Of a stretch of DNA of 51,858 nt, positions 22,179 to 32,700 are shown in pieces. The notes beneath the pieces were generated by a model, which was not told where the DNA came from, ran no database searches, and saw only the letters and a program-made list of their open reading frames with translations. Both the position numbers and the translations under genes were made by a program. Position 1 is the stretch's first letter, and every line of letters begins with the position of its first letter. This DNA comes from Macrostomum lignano (lineage: Eukaryota), in the NCBI GenBank assembly GCA_002269645.1, contig NIVC01004281.1, forward strand, positions 1 through 51,858, read 5' to 3'.

Positions 22179-23197
22179 TGCAACAGTTGCCTATTATTTT
22201 GCCTACTTTGCCTATTTTTGTCTATTTTGTCTACTGATTTCACGTATAATACGACTATTTTTTTATATTCGATTGAAGAATTCTGTGCCTAATAAATATA
22301 TGTTTTTAATATTGTTAAGTAGTAAAATAGCATCAATAGTAGCTTTTAGCCTAATTCTGTATGTTTAATTAGTTTTAATACGTACGCCATTTTTGCCTGT
22401 AATACTATAAAAGAGAGAGAGAAAAATAAACGAAGGAGAACTTGCGCTCGTTGGTTTCCTCCGCCTGCCAATTTTAGACTCCGGTCTTGGCCCCAGCGGT
22501 TGTAATTGTTCCAAAAATAGATCTGAATTGGTCTTAGTCATTTAAAGGCGCTCCGCCTTCCCTCTCCCACGGAGCTTCGTACAGCCAGAAGCGTACAGGC
22601 CTCCTTTCCCCACTCTCCCAGGACGTGCAGTCCTACCCCAAGCCGCTCCCCTTTCCTCCTCTTTCCCAGAGAATATACGCCCCGCCCCTCAATCCTCTCC
22701 CCTCTTTGTGGACATTCTGTCTGCACAGGTGTACAGCCTTATTCCCTCGGACTTACAGTCTGATCCTCCCCAAGCATCCCCGCTCCCGACCCTTCCTAGT
22801 AGAAATTTCCCACATTCATTAGGCAGATTGCCTTCTTATCTAATGCTGTCAGCATTCCCTATTAGTATTTAGAAGTTCCCATTAGTGTGCTTTCCCAGGC
22901 AACTCTGATCCATCGCGAAGCCCTTAATTCCCCTCTCCCATCTTTATTCCCTCGGACTAGTTAAGTTTAATTTAGACAGTGTCTTGCCGCTCGGACACTC
23001 ACGCCACCAGGAGCAACCATTGGCTTACTCCTATTAGTAATAAAACTAGCACATCTATCAGAAATCCCCAAGAATCCCATAACTTACCCTACAACAAATT
23101 TGGTGTCAGCAATAGGAAACTTCCCTCCCCCAAGACCCCTATAACAGATTTTGGTAACAGCGGTGGGATTTTCTTAAAAATAAACAGCCCTGTAACA
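22179..23197 (+). repeat. 3' LTR
   Basis: Near-identical to 13753-14773; preceded only by a weak purine-rich stretch (AAGCCAGGAAGG). Confidence 0.97.
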
Positions 23198-23727
23198 TCT
23201 GTACTCATCACTGATGATGTTGTGATATTCACAAGTTCACAGATTCGATATTTCCAAGAACTATGCAATCAAATAATTTCCAGAACAAGGACTGCTAAAA
23301 CAACTGTTTAACTCTACCGAAGCGACATACATTGCTTGCATTGAGAATGAATTGCTTAGGATAAATCAAGGTAGCCGTGAGGCCGTTTTAGTTTTATATT
23401 TATTTAAATGAAACCCATATTGGCGAAATTTCAGCGAAAAGCTTTCTATGAAACAAAAAATTTTCTTATCAAACTCAATCGATTTATCTGTTTTGAATCT
23501 TATCTAATGTATACTGTCTAGGCCCTGTTTTTTTAGATTAATCCATTTTGGTCTGAATTTCAATCTCTAAAATTTACAACATCAGTCTTGCACATTAGCT
23601 ACGTCTATATTTTTTCATTATTTAAATAAGCCTATTGTCTTGCCCAGTCTTGCAGCCTTGTATTGTTGAATAATTTTAGGCCCTACTTACCTCTAGACAG
23701 TAAAACAGCTTTAATTACTTCACTAAA

Positions 23728-26700
23728 ATGTCACAAGTTATGCTTTTTAATCGATTTCTTTCTGCCTTGAATTTCGTTTATTTGATAGCATTTGTTTCCA
23801 TATATGTACAGCTGCCCGGTAAGTTTGTTAAATCAAGTTAACTTGTAGGAACTTGTAGTCTTGCTAAATATTTAGCTTTGGATTCTTGGAGTATAATATA
23901 GTTGATAGTTTTATTAACTATAATATAATAGGTGTTTTAATAGGTTTTTTGATTGGTATATTTATTGCTACATGTTTTAATTTTAACTCAGTTATAGGGC
24001 CCTATAGACTAATCCTATGCTATTATTACAAGTTGAAATACACTTTTTAATATGGCCAATAACCCATAGTTTGGATTGTGTATTAGTGTATGCCAGGTAC
24101 AGTTGGATGAAAAAGTATAGGACCACCTTTGTATGCCAGGACTAAAAATGTTTTCAACTTTGTATACTAGAGTTAGTTATTCTTGAATTTATTTTTCATA
24201 CAGAATAATAATCTTAAAAAGTATGCACATTTGCAACATGGATGATGCACTGAGAAAAGACAATTATTAAAGAAGTATTTTAAATACTTTTATTTGCTAA
24301 CAATTGAGAAAAATATTTAAGGCACAAAGTTTAAAATTATTTTTTTATTGTTATTTGTTCAATAAATCTATATTTTTATTTTTTTTATTAGTATTGCATT
24401 GCATATAGCATAGCAGTGTTGGGCACCATTAATGAAAATCTTAACTTCCGTTAATAGCAAAAGTGTTAGCATTAAAACAAAAAAATCTTAACTTTTTAAC
24501 TCCTAATTTCGTTAAGTTAACTGAAAGTTAACTGATAATCGTTAATAAGCGTTAATCCATTAAAGTTAACATAGAAAATACAGAAATCTTGCATGTTTTT
24601 TCCAAAACAGACTTTGTATTGCACGTCTTTGCTATTCCATCTTTTTAGCGAAATATAGAGGTCAAATCTAAGCAATTTGAAAGCTAAAAAAGTAATAAAT
24701 AATCATTTTAAAAACTTGCATGTATAATACTATTAAAAGTAAAGCATATGGTAAAAAAGTAACTTATTTTATTTGAAACCTAAAAGCTAATAGTGAGAAA
24801 TTCATAATTAAATATGCATAGGATAGTTGTTTCAGTATGTATTGGTTTCCCGACAGACATTCAGACAGACATTCAGAAATCGTTCATTAAATGTTTAACA
24901 AAATTTTCTATTTATTACGCAAGATACTGTGAATTTATAGAAACTTTTACGCATGTCTCTGCTTTAAAAAGACACCTCAGACACACACAAAGACGCTTCA
25001 CAAGCTGAGATATTCCCTAGCAACTGTTGTTACGACGTTTCCCAATATACCGAATACTGTATATAGTAGTTTTTTGAGAAGCCGCTACATCGTCCCACTT
25101 TGGTCTTTCTGCATGAAATTTGCACAGCTGTTTTACGCATGTCTCTGCTTTAAAAAGACACCTCAGACACACACAAAGACGCTTCACAAGCTGAGATATT
25201 CCCTAGCAACTGTTGTTACGACGTTTCCCAATATACCGAATACTGTATATAGTAGTTTTTTGAGAAGCCGCTACATCGTCCCACTTTGGTCTTTCTGCAT
25301 GAAATTTGCACAGCTGTTTTACGCATGTCTCTGCTTTAAAAAGACACCTCAGACACACACAAAGACGCTTCACAAGCTGAGATATTCCCTAGCAACTGTT
25401 GTTACGACATTTCCCAATATACCGAATACTGTATATAATAGTTTTTTGAGAAGCCGCTACATCGTCCCACTTTGGTCTTTCTGCATGAAATTTGCACAGC
25501 TGTTTTACGCATGTCTCTGCTTTAAAAAGACACCTCAGACACACACAAAGACGCTTCACAAGCTGAGATATTCCCTAGCAACTGTTGTTACGACATTTCC
25601 CAATATACCGAATACTGTATATAATAATTTTTTGAGAAGCCGCTACATCGTCCCACTTTGGTCTTTCTGCATGAAATTTGCACAGCTGTTTTACGCATGT
25701 CTCTGCTTTAAAAAGACACCTCAGACACACACAAAGACGCTTCACAAGCTGAGATATTCCCTAGCAACTGTTGTTACGACGTTTCCCAATATACCGAATA
25801 CTGTATATAGTAGTTTTTTGAGAAGCCGCTACATCGTCCCACTTTGGTCTTTCTGCATGAAATTTGCACAGCTGTTTTACGCATGTCTCTGCTTTAAAAA
25901 GACACCTCAGACACACACAAAGACGCTTCACAAGCTGAGATATTCCCTAGCAACTGTTGTTACGACGTTTCCCAATATACCGAATACTGTATATAGTAGT
26001 TTTTTGAGAAGCCGCTACATCGTCCCACTTTGGTCTTTCTGCATGAAATTTGCACAGCTGTTTTACGCATGTCTCTGCTTTAAAAAGACACCTCAGACAC
26101 ACACAAAGACGCTTCACAAGCTGAGATATTCCCTAGCAACTGTTGTTACGACGTTTCCCAATATACCGAATACTGTATATAGTAGTTTTTTGAGAAGCCA
26201 CTACATCGTCCCACTTTGGTCTTTCTGCATGAAATTTGCACAGCTGTTTTACGCATGTCTCTGCTTTAAAAAGACACCTCAGACACACACAAAGACGCTT
26301 CACAAGCTGAGATATTCCCTAGCAACTGTTGTTACGACGTTTCCCAATATACCGAATACTGTATATAGTAGTTTTTTGAGAAGCCGCTACATCGTCCCAC
26401 TTTGGTCTTTCTGCATGAAATTTGCACAGCTGTTTTACGCATGTCTCTGCTTTAAAAAGACACCTCAGACACACACAAAGACGCTTCACAAGCTGAGATA
26501 TTCCCTAGCAAATGTTTTTACGACATTTTGATGAGGACGCACTTTTTCCCAAATCCCGCGCTGGCACATGGGCTCTAAACTTACTAGCCTACTGACAGCA
26601 GGCTAAGGGCATTTTTATTCTCTTTTATCTTTTATCGAGATAGCAAATTTGTCGAACGACTACCAGAATAAAGTAAGACCTGACTCTCAAAATGGCAAAG

Positions 26701-29700
26701 AAAGTTTGCGACTAAATTATGACTGGAGAGTATCAGGTATCACTTTAAGAAATTGATCTGCCTACCGCAGAAGCAAATGAGTCTCAAACCGATTCGCAAT
26801 TGACAACTCCGACAAGGGTAAGCGAAATCGCCCACCGAACAACTGCAGAACGTGCAAACGCCAAAGACAGGCGCCAAACGTCGGAAAAGTGATCACTTTG
26901 CTAAACAGTGCACATTAGTAAAATCGAACAGAATTAATGTTATCGACTCAGACGATGGGGTAATCCCGTCAGCAACTGAGAATCAAACTACAGAAAATAA
27001 GCATCAAAACATTTCGTGCAACGAAACATAAAACAACCCATAAATATCACGTCAGACTTGATCCGCGATAACTGCATTGTCCCTTTCTTTATTCAACATC
27101 ATCATTCAATAATACTGCTAGTAGTCTAACACTCCAATAAAAGATAAAAGAGAATAAAAATGCCCTTAGCCTGCTGTCAGTAGGCTAGTAAGTTTAGAGC
27201 CCATGTGCCAGCGCGGGATTTGGGAAAAAGTGCGTCCTCATCAAAATGTCGTAAAAACATTTGCTAGGGAATATCTCAGCTTGTGAAGCGTCTTTGTGTG
27301 TGTCTGAGGTGTCTTTTTAAAGCAGAGACATGCGTAAAACAGCTGTGCAAATTTCATGCAGAAAGACCAAAGTGGGACGATGTAGCGGCTTCTCAAAAAA
27401 CTACTATATACAGTATTCGGTATATTGGGAAACGTCGTAACAACAGTTGCTAGGGAATATCTCAGCTTGTGAAGCGTCTTTGTGTGTGTCTGAGGTGTCT
27501 TTTTAAAGCAGAGACATGCGTAAAACAGCTGTGCAAATTTCATGCAGAAAGACCAAAGTGGGACGATGTAGCGGCTTCTCAAAAAACTACTATATACAGT
27601 ATTCGGTATATTGGGAAACGTCGTAACAACAGTTGCTAGGGAATATCTCAGCTTGTGAAGCGTCTTTGTGTGTGTCTGAGGTGTCTTTTTAAAGCAGAGA
27701 CATGCGTAAAACAGCTGTGCAAATTTCATGCAGAAAGACCAAAGTGGGACGATGTAGCGGCTTCTCAAAAACTACTATATACAGTATTCGGTATATTGGG
27801 AAACGTCGTAACAACAGTTGCTAGGGAATATCTCAGCTTGTGAAGCGTCTTTGTGTGTGTCTGAGGTGTCTTTTTAAAGCAGAGACATGCGTAAAACAGC
27901 TGTGCAAATTTCATGCAGAAAGACCAAAGTGGGACGATGTAGCGGCTTCTCAAAAAACTACTATATACAGTATTCGGTATATTGGGAAACGTCGTAACAA
28001 CAGTTGCTAGGGAATATCTCAGCTTGTGAAGCGTCTTTGTGTGTGTCTGAGGTGTCTTTTTAAAGCAGAGACATGCGTAAAACAGCTGTGCAAATTTCAT
28101 GCAGAAAGACCAAAGTGGGACGATGTAGCGGCTTCTCAAAAAACTACTATATACAGTATTCGGTATATTGGGAAACGTCGTAACAACAGTTGCTAGGGAA
28201 TATCTCAGCTTGTGAAGCGTCTTTGTGTGTGTCTGAGGTGTCTTTTTAAAGCAGAGACATGCGTAAAACAGCTGTGCAAATTTCATGCAGAAAGACCAAA
28301 GTGGGACGATGTAGCGGCTTCTCAAAAAACTACTATATACAGTATTCGGTATATTGGGAAACGTCGTAACAACAGTTGCTAGGGAATATCTCAGCTTGTG
28401 AAGCGTCTTTGTGTGTGTCTGAGGTGTCTTTTTAAAGCAGAGACATGCGTAAAACAGCTGTGCAAATTTCATGCAGAAAGACCAAAGTGGGACGATGTAG
28501 CGGCTTCTCAAAAAACTACTATATACAGTATTCGGTATATTGGGAAACGTCGTAACAACAGTTGCTAGGGAATATCTCAGCTTGTGAAGCGTCTTTGTGT
28601 GTGTCTGAGGTGTCTTTTTAAAGCAGAGACATGCGTAAAAGTTTCTATAAATTCACAGTATCTTGCGTAATAAATAGAAAATTTTGTTAAACATTTAATG
28701 AACGATTTCTGAATGTCTGTCTGAATGTCTGTCGGGAAACCAATACATTGTTTCAGTACCATTAGCAGGTGCAGCAGAAAGTTGCGAAAGATTGGAACAG
28801 AAGTGAATCAAAGCAATCAATGCTCACGCGCAAGAAATAAAGTTTCACACTATTTTAATTCATTATTATAAAGTTTATTTGTAAGAAGTTGTTAATTACA
28901 TGTACGTCCATATGATCATTGTCATAAATAAAGAGATTATATTTAGGCATATAGGTAAGCTCAAATACATTTGTAATGTTTAAACTTCTTGTAAGACTTC
29001 TATTTTTCGTTTCTTCTTTGTGTCTTTGGTCATTGACATAGACACTACCGTTAACGATGAATTTATCATTAGTTCACAAAATTTTTAACGCAAATTTATT
29101 AATCCGTTAGTTCAAAAAAATCTTAACGACAGTCCGTTAATGTTAATGAAAAATCTTAATGCTTATTAATGCTTATTAACAGATTAACGCTTATTAACGG
29201 ACTGGTGCCCAACACTGTAGCATAGTTTATATAAAAAGTCACTTTATTTGATCCTAACATATACATAGGTATGCCATAGATCTAAGCCAAAATTTTTCCA
29301 CTGTGTCATATATACTAAGATGTATACTAATATATACTAAAAAATGGCAAGTATTTGTGTTAGGGCCTATTCACTAAGAAATCTTGGCATAAATGTTGCC
29401 TTCCAAACTATGGGTATGGCAAATAACTTGTAATAGCAAAAAATAATATAAACTATTGATATTTAAAGTTAATTTAAATGTTTAAAATTTGTTTAAGCAT
29501 GAAAATATACCAATTGATTTCTTTATCTATATAAAATGCTATTTAAGCCTATGTAGGTCCTTATTTGCTGTAATAAAATCAAGATATAATTAATAAATAT
29601 ATTATAGGCATAGTCAGAAAAAAGGTATATACACTAGAAATTTTCTAGGATACACTCAAGAAATTTGGCATATATTTTAGTATAGAAAAATGATTTTGGG

Positions 29701-32700
29701 CTTTTGCTATACATATGACATATCAAAATTGAAAAAATTACATTATCAATTATAGGCACAATGGTTGTCCTAACTTTTCCATGTATATATAATTGTAAAA
29801 ATTGATAGCTATTTAAATAAAAACTGATTTGCATGTTTTTACAAGGTAAAGATATGAAATTTTAACAAAAATGCACAAAGGGCCTTTCAACTTAAGTTCA
29901 TAAAGTGGAGCACAAGTAACTTATGTATAAAAATAATATATCATTCTGCTCACAATGACACTAGGAAACTAGATTTGGCAATTTTTTTTTACAAAAATTG
30001 GACCTAGAGAACAAGCAAAGCGATAATTAGGAACTTTAGCTTGTAAGGTGGAGTCCCTAATTATCCCCTTAATTATAGCTTATTTTAGCTTGATTTAATT
30101 TAGCCTTTCAATTTGAATTTTTTTAATTTGAATTTAATTCCAATTTTCCTTAAATTAGCCTTAATCTAGGTAATTATAAAGCATTATTTTTATAAATAGA
30201 CCCAAACCAAAATTCTAACTTAGCCTTAAGTTAATTGACTATATTTAAAATTGGGGTTAAGTCACTTTTTATCTGTTATTAGTTTGTCTGCTAGAAGATA
30301 AAATTACTTTTTAGTGATAATGTTATTATTAACTAAACCAACTAAATTAAATAAAATAAGCTTAACTAATTACACTTGCACAAAAACAATTTGTTACAGT
30401 TTGTATATACACAACATAGCAGAATTTAAAAAGCTAACATTTTCCATGTTTGTCCATTTCTACAAACTTTATATTACCTTTAGCAATAAAACTTAGCAAT
30501 GCCATATATGATAGTTATAATTGTATTTTTATGAATTAGGCTCATTTTCTTAAAATGTTGAACTATTTATTGATAAGGTCAAATAGTAAATAAATCTATG
30601 TACTAATTTTATGCTGTTTATCTGTCTGTCTGTCTGTTTGTCATTGATTTTTTCAAGAACTGTCTGACCAATTTTTTTCAAATTTGCTTTAAAAAATCTA
30701 ATTTTTTTGGGGATTATGCTTAACTTTTTGATGAAAAATTCAAATGGGAAGTGGGTCAAATATTTGAAAAATTAATTTCCTAATGTTTTCAATGGGCACT
30801 CTATTTCTAAATTTAATTGCTCAGTTCAACCATTTAGGCCTCTCCTTTGCCAATGTACAGTGTAGGATATACACTCACCACAATTAAGCAAAAGGATTTT
30901 TATGACCCTTTGTGTGGCAGGCTTGCAATTTGTGGGGTTGGTTGGTTGAATTCTATTATCCTTGATAAAAGAGTGGGTGCATGGGGGTTAAAAAGCTGGC
31001 CTAAAATTTATCAACCCCCTAAACTGATCTGATTTTGTTTGTCTTATTTTATGAATACAACACTGGGTGGTGCAGTTGTAGATGGTGGGCAGTAGCTAAT
31101 GGGCCCAATTGATTTAAGTTCATTTGGCAAATCAGTATATAAATTTCTACCAATTGTTAGTGGGTCAAATATTTGAAAAACAAAGTTGTTAATGCTTTCA
31201 ATGTTTGAGTTTTTTACTTGAAAGCCCACCATCAGGGGCTGGGTGTCATAGTGTGCTTATACTCAGGAACATCAAAAAGTCTGTGGTTGCCAATTTTTAG
31301 AGTGTAGGTAAGCTTCTCCATCTTTCTAAGTGACGCAACTTGCAATGTCGTGGCAGGCTTGAGTTGAGGAATGAAGTGAGAGGGATGTGGTGTGCGAGGG
31401 TTTTGTTGGATGGATTAAAGCTACCCAATCAGTTTTCTTGTATATTTTATTTCAGAATAGTCCAAGAGAAATTGCTCACTGGCGCCATAGTGGCAACTTT
31501 TCAATGTTGCTGGAGTATATATAAAATTTCAAACAATGAAAAATAGATTTAGAAGAGGGTCAAATATTCAAAAAAAACAATTTTCATGCTTTCAATGTTT
31601 GGATTTTGAATTCAAATGCCCCCATGGGGGCTTAATGCACTAGTGTATACTATTATAGATATATACTATGTATATAGCAAGATTTATACCAATGTGTAGG
31701 TCTTTCTACTCATAGTAGATATTCAGATAGACATACTCGTAAAAATGGACAGTTAATAAGTTTACCTGGATCATTTAGCTTAGTACAAAAGGTTAACCAA
31801 TTTTGATTTATTTAATTACTATAATGGAATTTTTTATTTGTAATTTATTTTGAAAATAGTAACATAAATGGTTTTATATTAAATATTACCTATAAGAATG
31901 ATTAAACGAATTTTAATTTATATTCTGTATTCTTTTTACTTTTTCCCTTCAGGATTATATGGAGACAATGGCATTTTACCTATCTATGCCAGCATTTCAA
32001 ATGATGGTATGTATTTAATGAATAACTTTTATTCTCATAGTTATAAACTATTGGCTTATCATGTTTAATTGTCATTATAGCTACTTCTGGAAATAGTATA
32101 TATATATAATAGTATAATAGTATATTCAATCACAGTCTTTGTAGCCGGAACCCCGTCAAACATCCCACATGCGCCACTGTCCTGTCGCAGAAGTTCACTC
32201 GGTGCAGCAGCTGTTCAGCGGCCAGCCGTCTCTGCTGCGCCTGGCCCCCCAGCTGGGCCTCAGCTACGCTCAGGCGGCTGAACTGGTCGCCAGCCTGGGC
32301 TGTCTGCTCGCCTTCGCCGCCTGCGCGCTGCCATGGTTCGGCAGCCTGCCAGTGTACGCCCTGCTCTGGCTGCTGTACCTGTCACTGTTCAGCGTCGGCC
32401 AGACGTTCATGTGGTTCCAGTGGGACATCCTGCTGCTGGAGGCCGGCTTCCTGGCCATCGGCCTGTCCCTCCGCCTGCCCATCGAGGGCTCCGATCGGGT
32501 CAGCAGCGGCCTGGGCATGTTCGCCGTCAAGTGGCTGCTGTTTCGCCTCATGCTGGCCTCGGGTGTGGTCAAGCTCACCAGCGGCTGTCCCACCTGGTGG
32601 GGCCTCACGGCGCTTGATTGGCACTACGAGTCCCAGGTGAGCTGCAGGCTGTCGGCTGAATGCTGAAGCAGTTTAGACACAGGCAATGCTGAAGCAGTTT

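Larger units (their letters stand above)
13753..23197 (+). mobile_element. Full-length Ty3/Gypsy LTR retrotransposon (9445 bp), very recent insertion
   Basis: TG...CA LTRs of 1021 and 1019 bp; 4-bp TSD TCTG (13749-13752, 23198-23201); PBS; gag; pol in PR-RT-RH-IN order; extra ORF before the 3' LTR. Confidence 0.97.
24837..28748. mobile_element. Foldback-type element (Mutator/FB-like) with 1.8-kb and 1.6-kb inverted arms
   Basis: Left arm 24837-26635 is the reverse complement of right arm 27137-28748; ~500-bp unique spacer; TSD TGTTTCAGT (9 bp, extendable to 11 bp TTGTTTCAGTA). Confidence 0.9.
24414..29217. mobile_element. Non-autonomous hAT DNA transposon (~0.9 kb of own sequence) interrupted by a foldback element
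   Basis: 15-bp perfect TIRs CAGTGTTGGGCACCA / TGGTGCCCAACACTG; 8-bp TSD TAGCATAG (24406-24413, 29218-29225); subterminal GTTAA/TTAAC repeats; no transposase ORF. Confidence 0.92.

Noticed and set aside
25074-26531. 485-aa ORF of perfect 62-aa repeats (and mirror ORFs 27241..28511 on -)
   Set aside because: By-product of a 186-bp unit lacking a stop in one frame; TTG start, no recognisable domain, mirror copy frameshifted, lies within TIR arms.
26636-27136. Transposase remnant in the foldback spacer
   Set aside because: No ORF of 60 aa or more and no DDE or zinc-finger motif recognised.
24945-28640. CRISPR-like or other spacer array
   Set aside because: All arrays in the window are head-to-tail repeats with no unique spacers; the context is eukaryotic.
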